Below, in pieces: positions 13,540 through 29,900 of a stretch of DNA of 64,000 nucleotides (positions are counted from its first letter, which is position 1; every line of letters starts with the position of its first letter). The notes beneath the pieces are model-generated. The model was not told the origin of the DNA, made no database searches, and saw only the letters and a list, made by a program, of their open reading frames with translations. This DNA is from Tubulanus polymorphus (lineage: Eukaryota; Animalia; Nemertea). The position numbers were made by a program, and so were the translations under genes. The stretch lies in contig NC_134026.1 in assembly GCF_964204645.1 (NCBI RefSeq), positions 29,980,150 to 30,044,149 of the forward strand. Direction: 5' to 3'.

Positions 13540-14508
13540 TTATTTCGTTGAATTAATGTTGCATAAAAACATGCGGATGAATTGACGTCGGAATTCTTGT
13601 CCAGTTATCAAATACAAGTAGAAATTCAGCGCGTAGTTTAATGTATTTAATGAGTTACTGATTGCGAATATTTTCAGGGTTTTAGTTCTCCATTCCGGTT
13701 TCAGTACAATCGGTGCTAGAACGGCGTTAGTAAACGTGAATAGAACAAAAGTTGCGCAAACACCCAGAGCCATTCGTAGAACCTTGAAAGAAGAAGCGTC
13801 TTTCTTATCAGTTTTTATACCGCGTCGTAGAATGGTGAGAATTGCGATGTTCAAAGCGAGTACGGTGATAACGGGAACAACATAAACGAGAATTGGCCCC
13901 ATGAGAGAATAAACTGCCTCGCCACTTTCCGTTATTACACAGCCGTATGTCGTATGATAAGTAACTGATAATGGTATAACTGTGTACGATAAAAATATGC
14001 AGATAAACAAAACTAAGACACAAACTGACGCTGTCGTCGCTGTCCAGAATCGTGGACCGGAGAAAGGGAAGGCTACGACGCAAAGTCGTTCTAGTGATAG
14101 CAAAATAAGGATCCAACCGCTGTACGTTACAGATATCAGTTTGGCGTATTCTCGTAAAATGCAGGAAAACGTTGACGATGCGTGGACGATAATTCGGTTT
14201 TGAAGATGAGCGTAGAACATGTTGACAAGAGTACAAGAGTGAACTAACAGACAAACCGTGTCAGAGACGGCGAGAGGAATAAAAAATCGACTGTACGATC
14301 TGTTCCGAAGTTTTGGCGCTAACATGACGACAAATGACATAATGTTACCTGTGATACCTAATATAACAGCGATTGAACTAAATATATTCTGAAACCAAAA
14401 CGACAAAGTATCTTGTTTCTGGAAGACGTAGATCTCCATTACAATTTGAACATACGGGTAACGAATTCCTGTGTTATCAGGACTCGATAACGTCGAGTTG
14501 TCCGGCAT
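13540..14508 (-). CDS. Intronless class A GPCR, FMRFamide/peptide-receptor-like orphan
   Basis: Seven hydrophobic segments, GITGN (TM1), LAVSD (TM2), SLERL (DRY variant), LNYALNFYLY and EFR (TM7/H8). First ATG is at 14508; the ORF track starts on GTG. Confidence 0.9.
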   Translation of the reverse strand: MPDNSTLSSPDNTGIRYPYVQIVMEIYVFQKQDTLSFWFQNIFSSIAVILGITGNIMSFVVMLAPKLRNRSYSRFFIPLAVSDTVCLLVHSCTLVNMFYAHLQNRIIVHASSTFSCILREYAKLISVTYSGWILILLSLERLCVVAFPFSGPRFWTATTASVCVLVLFICIFLSYTVIPLSVTYHTTYGCVITESGEAVYSLMGPILVYVVPVITVLALNIAILTILRRGIKTDKKDASSFKVLRMALGVCATFVLFTFTNAVLAPIVLKPEWRTKTLKIFAISNSLNTLNYALNFYLYLITGQEFRRQFIRMFLCNINSTK

Positions 14509-15956
14509 ATCGCACCGACCGCTCACTGCACCTCCTCTGATTATGAAAGCATTTCTGATTTTTTATCAACTAAAATAAATCCTCATTTCAACTGCATTCT
14601 CATTTATGTACGCGAAATAAACTTTCCTTGACTTCACCGGTAGCGATGTTTTTGATGAATGTTGATATAAATCCGTTTGATTTCGACTGGAAAAATAATA
14701 CTTCTAATAATCGAGACAAAGAATATTTGTTATTAACAATATTCTATTACTGATGGATGCTACAAATTCTCGATATAGAATTAACTTTCGAGTGAAAAAC
14801 ATTAATTACCCTTCTGATTACAGTCGCCGTCCCTTTCAGAAAATTGTAATCATCTCCAGTCTCGAGGCCATTTCAAAATGATACTATATTAGCCGTATAC
14901 TCGAATAGCTTCAAGCAGCCATCACAATCAACTTCAACAGAAACATCTATTATCGTCTCGTTTTAACTTCCCTTTGTTTCCATTTATCTTCGAAACGGCA
15001 CAAAATCCGTGCAATATGATCGTTTTAAGAAATGCAGATAAAACACATAAAGACATATCTTTATATATATTTTTACTAGAAATTTATTCATCAACAAATA
15101 AGTGGCGGCTATCTATATAAACTCAATAAGAGTGCAGTGAAATCTCAATAACTGGACGGTTCATTTTACAATATCTAACACTATTACAGCTTAAGGATTG
15201 TGGTAAAGAGAAGTAGATGGGTTAACATCAGTGTAACGTATGGACGTGAGTTTTGTAGACGGGGCATTCATTAAGTACAGTAAGCATCTGAGAAAGCAAA
15301 AGTTGCCAATTTCTACCTATGTAAAAAATACATAAAATTCTGCACATTTTATGCTTAATGAACGAATGGCCCCGAATGTGTTTTCGGAGGGATTTATTCA
15401 ATATCTTACAGCAGTTTGAGGTTACACGACAATAATAATAATAATACAACACAGTTTCACTTTTATCTTACACTTAACTAACTATTCATAAACTGACGAT
15501 CAGATTTTCTAATTAGTTTGTACATTTTGAAACGACAAATTATGATTGATAAAATATTCATTCTAAAATCCATTGATTCACAATATGACACAATAATAAC
15601 AGAGAGTTTCTAAGACAGGTTTCGATTGGTCTCTACCGATTGTAGAATTCTATTCTGCTGAAGCGTTCGTTTCGACCAGAATACGCTCTAACTATTCCAG
15701 ATTAGCATAAACTGTAAACCTGATAGAAGCGGCCAGTAGAGAGAGTTTGTCATTTGGAATAGATTCCTAAACTGGAATCTGTTCAATTGAAACATACCTA
15801 ACTCTGGACTGACTGGAACTAACAATTTACCAATGAACATACACAGGACCCAGTTCGTCCACAGTTGCAAGTCTCACATAACTCTGAGTTCATGACTAAA
15901 CTCTTAGAGCCAAGTTCAACCAGGAACTGCATAAATAGGTCTTCAGGAATAATGAT

Positions 15957-18900
15957 TTATACTAAATCTGCATCATCTTCGTCGTGTGGTTCTAAATCAG
16001 TTACACCTTTAAAACTCATTCCTGTAGTAAACTCAGTAGGAGTTGGAGCTGAAGCTGCCTGACGCTGTTTCAAATGATTCTCCAGGTTTTGTATCGCGCC
16101 CTTGTAGTTCTTCTTCACAAATCGTTCAACGTCTGAAAAATGTGTTGAATACAAAGTATGAATATCATTTTTTTCACGAATTCTATGCAATCGAAAATTT
16201 TGAAAATAATTACAAACCGTTTATAACGAATCCTGAATGAGATATATTCTTGTGTTGTGTTTTCCAGATGTGATACAAATGAAAGTATGTAGCGACAAAC
16301 AAATGATTGAATAAACCAATCACATCATTTTGTTTGTTACATTCCCTAGAAATAAAATACAAATACATAGAATAAAAATAAACATGAATGAGAATTTGAA
16401 AAAATTGTATCAACGTTTTTCACTACTCACTTGTTCATGCATTCATCTCTTAGTGTATGTAATACAATTCTAGTCATATTTATCCCCATTACGCAAAATG
16501 GAAAATTCTGAAAAAAAAACATTCGTTTCAGGATGAAAATTCCTTAAAAGGTAAAATCTGTTGATCGCATTAAGGAAAACCTTACCTGAACTTCGTGAAT
16601 AGATAATTTGTAGATATCACGTGCAAGAGGAAGTGTCTGCGGATTCATAACGATATAAAGTAGAGTAAGTAAACCGAGTAGACCAGTTCCTCTTAAATCA
16701 GTAGATGGATCACTACCTGTATCAACCGAATATACAATTAACATAACAATACTGATCATTATTACTGCTGACAATCGCAATCATAATTACCTTGAAATCC
16801 AATCTGTTCCCAGTGATCTCCATATCTTTGACAATCAAACTTAGAACCAGTCAATCTCTTATACAATGTCTGTAGAATGCGAAAATGTACTTCTTGTTGA
16901 TTATCAAATGGACCTGTGAACGAAATTCGTTCGATTCATTATATGTGTACATATTTCCTATGAAAACTAATTAGTCGCTTTTCATAGTTATTCATACTCA
17001 CAAGCAGCTAAACAGAATATCAAATCTCTATCTATTAACAGATCTTTGTGTAATTTAGGTGGACCGAAAAGCATATGTTTAAATGAACCCCAACTGCTCC
17101 TGTGAACTGTAGGTTGAATCTGCGACTGAAAATCAATAGCATTCTATTGAAGATTCCGGTTTGTGTAGAATAGATTGTCAATATTAAATATAAGTACTTA
17201 CCCGAAATCTTTGGAGTATATCCGATGTTTTGAAAAAATCCAAAGCCTCTTTGAACGAAATTGTGGGAGTCGTTTTAACAAGAGGAGAACAAACAATTCC
17301 TGCAATTTCATTAATAACTGATAACATGTAAATGAATGAGTAATAGGTATTCATAATTCAACATCGTGATGACAATATCGATTAAAACTATCAAATCAAC
17401 ATGAACTAAAAGCTACGTACATAACTGATTTAAATCTATATGATTACATATTTCTAGATATTCTGTACACTAACATAATCCACATGGCTGTTACTAGGGG
17501 AGGAAACAACAATAAGGTAGAAACTTCTAGAGACAGAATGGTCCATCAATAAGAATAAGCTAAAAATCTACACGATCATGAATAACTATAATCAGAAGCT
17601 CATTAAAAACATGTAATAATAGCCACTGAAATGAAAATACCTGCAGAAGGTAAACCCATATCACCTGCCAACTCTGATTATCAAATATATAAATACGTAT
17701 CATACAGTTATCAAATACTTAAAGAATAGTTTTTTCATATGTTATATTTGAATGTATTCGCTAACCTGGTGTTACGGTTTGAAGGGAATCCCATTCAGCC
17801 TGAGCGGCTTCTAAATCCTTTTTATCTGAAATAATCAATTTTTTTGTCCGGGTCAATTTTTCACCATAAAAGATTTATGGAAATATCAAATGTTTACAGC
17901 ATAAATGCACAAACCTTCTCCAGCAATTAGATTAGCCTTATCCACTGCAACAAGACCGAGCTTTAAATGAGAAAAAAACAAAAATACATATAAACACATT
18001 ATTAAACACTGGAAACAATGAACTACATTAACACGACAAACCAGTGAAAGCAAGTGATAGGTCTAACATACTTACAGGTACAGGTAGTTCTAGTGAAGGT
18101 GATGATAAACTATTATTTGATTTGTGTTCAACCGAATTCTGAAATTATACAGTGCACAAGACCCGATGCAGTGAAAAATCCAATATTCATGAAATAAATT
18201 GTAAAACCACACAAAATAAACTCATAATTCAAATAACAGAAGGAGGGACCACACAAGTACATATGGAATGATAACAATAAGCATGAAGGCAAGTAATAAG
18301 TATTGACCAGTGGTGATCCTTGCATTTTGATTTAAAATAAATTCAAGCACAGCAAGAATTAAAATCTCACATCAATATGAGGAGTTGTAGTAATGGCATC
18401 ATCGGTTGAATTGCGTAAATGATCAGTAGCATCTCGCATCGCTAGGTCAATTTCAGTCAATCCTAGATCACCTTCAACACTCATTTCACAAGCAGCACGA
18501 GATGAACTCTTAATCTGAGTCAAATCAACATCTTCATTGATCGTTGGACCTGACAAAAATCCGATCCCGACTTGTGTGCACTGCGTGGCCGGAGTAGAAC
18601 TACTCGAGTTGATTATTATCGGTACTGCATCGTTAGACGGGTAATGCTTCATTTCATTACGTTTTTGAATTAAATCATCAGGAACTTCAAATTCATCGGA
18701 ATCAGAATCAGCCTAAAATCATTGAGAGTAGAATGTTTTAGTAAAAATTAGAAAATTAAGAAAACCATATTTCAATATCGTCAATATTTTATGTCCACAA
18801 CTAGTTTTAACCTGTTTAGTTGGTTTATTAAGAATTTCCACATCGAAATCTTCATCATCACTTTCTAAAGGTTTTTCATCTTCCATTACATCTTGAACTG

Positions 18901-19453
18901 CGGCGGTGTTTGGAATAGACCGATCGACAGTATTTGGATGAGGGATGATGCTATCATCATCAGTCGATGATGGTTCATTCATAAATATCTCTGATGATTT
19001 ATGGTTTAGTATAATATCATTTGCTATTTCATTTGCAATTACATTAACTACAATGACAGCATCATCATCAGTAACAGTTTTTGATGCATCGCCCTCATGA
19101 TTGTCTTTCTCTGCTGGTGAAGTTCTTGCCGTTTGATCATTTGTATTTCCAGGCTGTTGAAATAATGAGTTGGGATTGGAATGAACCGGTGCGGGCAGTA
19201 TTTCCACCGTATTGTTGATAGGCCTTGTAGACGTAGTAGGGGTAGTAGTATCATCAGTATAGTCTTCTTGAATTTGATGCTGCACTGATAAATCAACTGT
19301 TTGAACGCTATTGTTTGAGTTATCATTAAACTCTCGATTTACGGCATAAATGGTGGCATTTTCGTTATTGAGATCTGTTGTTGGGGGGCTATTGGGACCC
19401 TCGAAATTAAAATCTAAATCGATTTTATCCAAAGTGGCCGGATCGGCAGCCAT
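15957..19453 (-). CDS. ELMOD3: ELMO domain-containing protein 3 (Arf/Arl GAP family) with long acidic N-terminal extension
   Basis: Spliced exons encode [67 protein letters not shown]...[16 protein letters not shown] and [11 protein letters not shown] at 19453 (MAADP), stop at 15957. Confidence 0.88.
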
Positions 19454-19703
19454 GTTTACAGGGTCCACACGACCTTCGCTTATTCGTACATTATTCCTCA
19501 CATGCCATATGCCAGGTTTGCGGTGCTTCGGCAATCAAACCCTGGCAAGCGAGGATAGAACCAGGTATGTCCTCCGGCCTCCTAGTTGATCCGGTATCCG
19601 GATATTAGGTATATCTGAATCTCAAGGACGTTGATCGAATTTATTTTTCCTCCTTTACTATTAGTTAATTTGCTTAATTAATCGACCCTTGAAAAGCGGA
19701 CAA
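19454..19703. promoter_or_regulatory. Bidirectional promoter region ELMOD3/TXNRD2
   Basis: Divergent start codons are only 250 bp apart, with locally raised GC/CpG. Confidence 0.7.
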
Positions 19704-22530
<2,827 letters not shown>

Positions 22531-22849
22531 TTTCGACTCCGGTTTAGGGTTTGGTTCTCAGTACGAAAAATGAATCTTTAAAATGGAACCACAACCAAGC
22601 TGGAGTTTAATACATCTTATATCAACGTGTTATAGTTTTAACGATAAGTAAACAACTGAATTTTAGAAATTCTTTTCTGAATACAGTTAAAATTTCGCAT
22701 CGCGTAACTCTTTAACAACCCATCTCTGCTCAGACTGCCCTGAAATTTGCCAAAGAGAATTTATTGCTCCCATGAGATCAGGAACTGGGCTGTCTCAAAT
22801 GAGGAATAATTCTGATAAGAATTTCAATACCACGTAGATGTTTACTTTG

Positions 22850-22929
22850 TTCAGTTTGGTATCCATGACGAAGATTCCAGAAACTTGATACTTTTCGAGT
22901 TGGAATTTTTTGAATTTCAATCACCTGAA
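22850..22929 (+). promoter_or_regulatory. SECIS element (type II) in the TXNRD2 3' UTR
   Basis: ATGAC core (22865) opposite TGAA (22911); 10-bp helix II GAAGATTCCA/TGGAATTTTT; unpaired GAA; apical ministem ACTTGA/TCGAGT; helix I TTCAG..TGGT/ATCA.CTGAA. Confidence 0.92.
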
Positions 22930-23434
22930 TATAGTAAAAACTAACAGCACTGTGACTGATTGTGATGTTTGTGTATTTGTTTTCATAAAGAAACTGTTTG
23001 AAATTAGGAATACTTTTGCTATACATTGTTTACTATGTACTAGTAGTGTTCTTTTACAGGGTACATGTACAGATCTATATAACAAAATTCTTGCAAAGAA
23101 TTGTATTTATACCTCTATGTCTTGATAAGAAACAAGTGAATTGTATTAGAACAATGGATTCATGGAATCAACCAGACAGGACGTTCAAATCTTTCTTAGA
23201 ATTAATAGCGAGTTTTCTGTGAAATACGGTAATTTATAAATTTTTAATTTTCAATACATGTATTGGTAATATTATTTGCTAGAGTAGAATGTAAATGCAA
23301 GATTGGTTGAAATAAATTTTCTTAATGAATTTATAGTTTGCCTTGAGAAAAGGAGTTTGACATGACATACAGCTTGATTCAGCCGAGTCTTGTTGCGCGA
23401 CTCGTTGCTGATCTTAGCGATAGACGCGATTACT

Positions 23435-23539
23435 GGGTTCAAACCTGGGACATCTCTGTTCATCCTTATTCAGCATAAGGACAATATTGGAATAAGTATC
23501 AGTCAATGGGTTCAAACCTGGGACACCCTGTTATTCCTC
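23435..23539. repeat. Short direct repeat containing a Pol III B-box-like motif (SINE remnant?)
   Basis: tgggttcaaacctgggaca occurs twice (~23434 and ~23507) between the convergent TXNRD2 and DHRS11 3' ends. Confidence 0.45.
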
Positions 23540-23798
23540 AATTGATGACAATGTATTGACGATAGTCAGCGCTTGCGAAATATGGGTTTCGCTGTCATTC
23601 TAGAAATTGGCATTTCAGTAAAATTCTAAAGGTGGAAATACAATGTATAAAGAAATATCTTTGAAATTTAACACATTTTTTATTACGGGACATGATTTGA
23701 CAGAATGCACACATTCATAATCAATTTCCATACTCATAGAAAAAGAAGAAAGAAATAGAAGCACCATGAGCACCAATATAATACAATTGTGCGATGTG

Positions 23799-25129
23799 TT
23801 AATGTTTCTGGTCAACGGGTCGCATATGAATATCATTAACCTGAAAAAAAAAAAATCATTTTACACAATATGAGAAATCAGATGAAGAGAGCAAAAGATA
23901 TCTAACAACTAACCTCGACATGTGGAGGGGCACTCAATATATAAATTACAGCATCGCTGATATCTTTACTTTCTAATTCCTGAAATACCGGTATCATTCG
24001 GGGTCAATTGAATACCATCCATATATCATAGACCAAAAACAAGAAGATAATTTTTCCTTACCAACATCCCTTTTGATTCTGTTTTTGGTTTATTAGGATA
24101 CACATTCGAAAAGAAGTTTGTATCAACTTTTCCTGGACTGATACTCTACAATGTAAAACACAAAACCATAAACAAAAAACAATTATTTTATAAATATCGC
24201 TGAACTTTCACAGAAATAGATGAATTCTTACGGTGATTCTTATCCTGGAATTCATTAGGCGTAATTCATTACGTAATCCAGCGGTTAAACCTGTCACAGC
24301 GTATTTTGTGGCCGAGTAAAAATGGAATGCTGGAGAACTGATTACCCGGTGACCACTCATGCTTAAATATATACAACATAAGAGTAGAGTTTGCACTTAA
24401 ACAATCTGTAAAAATATAACTTCCCCAGACCAGTTGAAGGCCTACCTGTTTATATTAACGATGTGGCCATCATTTACACCTCTTGACTTCATAGATTGCA
24501 CTGCTTCCCTTGAACATATACTTAGAGCTAATACATTCAACTGCAAGACAAAGATTATTTTTCTGATTGCAAAATGTTGAACATAAGAATGCTGATAATG
24601 ATGAAAATATGCTGATAATTCTTTCAATGAACTTACATCTAACATACACCTCCAAGCCTCTGTATCACCGCTTCCCAGAGGTGAATTCAAAGCCATACCA
24701 GCATTATTCACACATATATCTACACCTTTAAAGTGATCTTTAATCCATCTAAACATCTTAAGAATTTCATCTTCATCTCTTAAATCACATTTTACAGGAT
24801 GAAAACTTCCAGATTCATCTTTCAATTCATCCTCTAATTTCTGTGCAAAATAAATTTTCAGAATAATAGTATATTAATAACAAGAACACACTGCATTCTT
24901 GATTTTGATCTTAGTTATACCAGGGAGGGACGTGGTTATTTAGAATTAGGTACAATGTAGTCAGCAGTAGCAAGCCTACTCATCATCATAGGCCTACCTG
25001 TAGTTTATCAAAAGAACGGGCACAGCCAACAACTTTCAGTCCACATTTGACAAGGCTTCTACAGATTGCTTCTCCTATTCCCATTGAAGCTCCAGTAACT
25101 AAAGCGACTCTTCCGTTCCACCGTTCCAT
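23799..25129 (-). CDS. DHRS11: Dehydrogenase/reductase SDR family member 11
   Basis: [39 protein letters not shown], catalytic YSATK, ELR, ISPG.V.T and C-terminal [14 protein letters not shown]. Confidence 0.92.
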
Positions 25130-26483
25130 AGTGTTCTCTAAAAGGAGAATACTATTACGAATAGTTTTCAAAAGAGTTTGAAACACAAAACAATAGCCTA
25201 CTTCACCCGGTTCACCCTTCAGATATATGTTGTTTTATAAGGTTGTGGTGGTAAGGGAAATTACTTTTTGGAGTCACACCCAAGCTAAACAGCAATAATC
25301 GTTTAAATGTCTTGAAACTTCAATGATCAACTCTCGGACCGAACCCGGTGTTTGAATAGAAATTGAATTGAATTGAAAAGCGGAGACTGCATCCGGTCAT
25401 TACGCAATATAACGGAAGTAGTCTTGCGTACGAAAAATGGCGGTTCTTTAAACCGTAGCAAACTACGTAGGCTCTATAGTTACGCCAACCACACTCAAAC
25501 GCGGTGAAGATGGATTTGTTAATCTTAATAATAATTCCTCAAGCACGTAATCTGGCATTTTCTATGATTGTTGTATGAAAATAAATATGATTCACGTAAA
25601 AACCTTCCAATCGTTTCGTGAAGTTTTTAGCAACAATCGAAAAAGGCATGCAGACATATTGTTAAACTTTCAAATCATGGAGTCACTTCTCTTCATTTAA
25701 CCCCTTTCCTAAATACAGTTTCAAATGGATTAAAAAATGATGTTTTAGGTCGACTGCCTGTCCTTTCTGGTCCTACTAAGACCTTTGGCTTTATCAGGTA
25801 TGTACTCATCAAAAATTAGCGGCGAGTCAGGTTGAAATAGACTATAATAGACATTAGCTTTAGATCTCCCGATAGCTGTCATCATAAAAGCAATTCTGTT
25901 GTTTTAGTAGCAATAAAAAGCGATAAAGATCTCGAGATCCCCGAAAAGTGGATGTATTAGGATCTTAACTATATCGGCATGTATTTGCGTTTTCTTCTTG
26001 TATAAATTATGTATTGTATATCTTCATTAGATCGATGCGAATCGCTCCAGGAACGTGGACTGAATGTAAAAACTGTTATCCCTTTTGATTATTGTATTTT
26101 TTTCGTATGTATAGATTTTTCAACATCTTTTCCAACTTTCCTCTCCTGTTATTGTTTGTAACGGTGATTGTATACGTAGGAACAATAAAGAATTGAATTG
26201 AATTATTCCATCCATCGGCATTTTGAATTGAATTTGTTGAGGTGAATCTTCGCCCCCAAGGCCGTCGAGCGATCGCGCGAGAAAAAACTAAAAAAAGAAA
26301 AAATTGCTCCAAAATCATCGTACGGCTTAATTAATGATCGGAAAACAAATTACTCGGAATAACATGCCTATTCTCCGCCCTTGCCCCCTCATGTATCGCT
26401 CTCCTGCGTATTAAGACGTTGATTTTGGGGTAATGAAATTATCTAATAATAAATAGCCTCCCTAGGCCTAAGCCTAAGCTCTA

Positions 26484-26846
26484 AGGCGCTTTTTTACGAA
26501 ATTGAATCTGATTCGGTTAAGCTAAATCCGATTCGATGTTGGAAAACGAAAGGATTAGTAAATCGAATCGTTTTTCGTAAATGAGTCAAATCAATATCAA
26601 TTTAAAGGTCGCGATTCGAAGGAAAATGGGCGTCAATGGTAACCGAATTATTGATAGATGATGGTCTGCGATAGATTTCTTTAGCCCGCGGTCGAAGAGG
26701 ACGCCATGTTGGATTTCACTGACTTAATCAATTTACTGAACCGCGTCCATAAACGAGTTGATTTACCAAATCAAATTCACTAAACCGCGTGCCGTAAACG
26801 TGAAACTTAAATCGATTTACAAAGATTCAGTGTCGTAAAAGCGCCT
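26484..26846. mobile_element. MITE (PIF/Harbinger-like, 3-bp TSD) just upstream of DCLRE1A
   Basis: TIRs AGGCGCTTTT(TT)ACGAAATTGAATCT / AGATTCAGTGTCGTAAAAGCGCCT, with CTA on both flanks. Confidence 0.7.
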
Positions 26847-26982
26847 CTAATAAATAGACGTAGCGGTATATATGTATTTATTAAAGTTGTCGCTGTCGTT
26901 GTAACAATACTTTATACACACTGAGACTGACCGTCTACACAACACTAACGTTACAGGGCCCAGTCAGGGGAACAGAAAGATA

Positions 26983-29900
26983 ATGGAGTATGATGATATC
27001 GATGAAGATGATATATGGAACTATAAAACACGATCTGAGAAGCGAAAACTTGGTCATCCATCTAAAAAAACAACTGCTCAAAAAGTTTCATCACTTGAAT
27101 GTGGCTTGTCATCTGTTGAGGAGCTCGACGGAGATGTTATTTTACTGGACCATAAATCCCCTGATTCGAAGAAGTCGACAGTAATCACTGGTAACGCATC
27201 AAACCAGAAGAAAAAAAGATCTGTTACTAAATCTCAAAGAAAAAATAATTCGGTGAATAAAAAGAGAATCTCAGAACGACCAAAATACGAAGGTTTTTGT
27301 CCTAATTGCCAGATGCCATTTCAATTACTAGTTTTACAGTCTCCAAATTGGCATTATAGTGAATGTATTCTGCAGCCAAAGAAACCTAAAGAAGGTAAGC
27401 CTAATACTTAGGCTCAGTGTAAAGACTAATGACTTACATATTTACAGAAGATTTTCTTCTTTATTCAGAATGTTCAAATGGCTTGGAATGTAAATCAATA
27501 ATAGAAAGTCATTATAGAAAGTACCTTCACTCTCTACTCGCTGAATCCAGAGAAGGTAAAGATGGAAGACTTCCGGATATCTTTTCCCTGGGAAATTAGG
27601 AAATTCTGAACCTTTGTTTGAAAATCAGGGACTTTCAGCTGGTGATGGGTTACACGAGGAACTCTTTGATAGGAAACTGCCCCAGCACTGAGGATATTGG
27701 ATAGTTAAGTTGGGGGCTTTTGGATTCCTTGTTCTGTAAGAACCCTGGCCACCACAATTTAACTATTCATAAATCAGAACTGAAGCTAGTGTTTTTGTTA
27801 ACTTGTTTTGCAGTGAAATCAACCAGTAAACAGCTACAATTCGATGAAGCAAACTCAAACCACAGTTCAACATCTGATAATACTCAACTAACCGATGTCA
27901 GCGGTGCAAAATGGAAAAGACCTTTAAGTAACTCAAATGATGAAGATATTCGACCAGCAAAACGTCAAAATTCATCTACAGCACAGATCCCTCTACACAG
28001 TCATACAGACTGTTCAATTGACTGTTTAGATTTAGTTCTTCAGTCAACTATCACAGGAAGTCCAGGTGATAGTGCTCCCGCTATTAGCTCACTCTCAACT
28101 CCTCCTTTCAACTGTGATAATATTCAAGATGATGAATATCTTTCTGATGTAGATATATTTGATGGACCTTCGGTAAATGATATCGGTTTTAGTTCTACTA
28201 CGCAACCTGTTAAAGACATCGACATAACAATGACAAATATTGAAACATCAGATGACCACAACCAGTTGCAACAATCTCAGACTCCGCACAAACATACGCG
28301 AAAACATACAAAAATAAAAACACCTTCGAAACCTGATCTTAATTCATCATCACTCAATAACAATACTCCTAGTAAATCAGGGGTGAAGAGAACACCAGGC
28401 AAACGTACCCCGAAAAAACATGCTTCAGGTGACAAACAAACATCACTTTTATCATTCTTTAAAATGAGTTCTACTGTATCAGCAGCAGCCCAGGGAGTCA
28501 CACCAGCGCCGTTATTCAACAAACCATCTATCAGAAAAACTAATCCAGCTAAAGCCGTCTTAGTCGATCAAGAATCGTGTGGCAGTAGCAATGATATGAT
28601 GTACCAGGAGTCAAAGACTTCGCTTAATCAGAAGAATTGTCCATTTTATAAAAGAATTCCAGGTGAATATGCGAAATGAAATTTTCACTATGTTTTACTT
28701 CCAATTTTATCGTGATATTCCTATTTATTTGTAGGTACAAAGTTTGTAGTTGATGCCTTCAGATATGGTATTATTCGCGATTGTTCGGTTTATTTTCTCA
28801 CACATTTTCACTATGACCATTACGCCGGTTTGAAGAAGAGTTTTAATCGTCCGATCTATTGTACTAAAGTGAGTTTTAACCTTCGTTACAATAAAATCTG
28901 ATCAGTTACTGTACATGAGTATATTGATCTACCAGTCATCTTAAATTAATTACAGGTGACAGGAAATCTTGTGCGAGCTAAGATAAAAGTTTCATCAAAA
29001 CACATCAATGAATTACCGCTAAATGAAACAATTGATATTGAAGGAACTAAAGTGACAGCTTTGGAGGCAAATCAGTAAGTTTAGAAAATGTTAGATGATT
29101 CCGAGGACCACTCAAATTTCAACTCGAGTTTTCTTTTTTTTCCTGGTCTCAACTCGCTATCCAGGCAGTCGAGTCATGATCCAAACTTATGTCTACTGTG
29201 TTTGGTTATTCAGACCTCGCAACTTTGAAACGTTGAAATAATTATCTATAACTAGTTGTCCTGGTGCCGTGCTGCTCTTGTTCAGTTTGAAAGATGGACG
29301 TCGATTCTTACACACCGGTGATTTTCGTGCTCATCCTTCGATGGAACAATATCCTTCACTTCAGGGAATACGAATCAATCAACTCTACCTCGATACAACG
29401 TAAGAGATCATACACTCTTAATCCGTCAAAGTCATTATTGTTTTGATGAGTATCATGTTGACAATTTATCAGAATGATAACTTGCACTTAGTTGATTGAA
29501 TTGAAAATATAAATTTCATTCAACTCATTTCATATTTAAAACTTCTTCTTTTGATACATTTTGAAGGTACTGCGATCCTATTTACGCATTTCCTCCTCAA
29601 GATGAGATGATTAAACTTGCTGTTAGTATCGTTGAAAGTGCAGTTTTAGAGAATAATAGGACATTATTTGTTTGTGGCACGTATACTATTGGCAAAGAGA
29701 GATTATTTATAGGTTAGTGAATATGTGTCGATCAGATGCAGGTACCGGTATTAATCCATTGTAGAGTGATCACTAGTATGCTGATCAAATGTCTAATGAC
29801 TTGTGTTCGTAGTTCATTTTCAATCAAAAAAGCCTAACGTTATTCAAACTGTCATGTTTACTCAGTATGTTTATCTATATTTCAGCTATTGCTGATGCGT

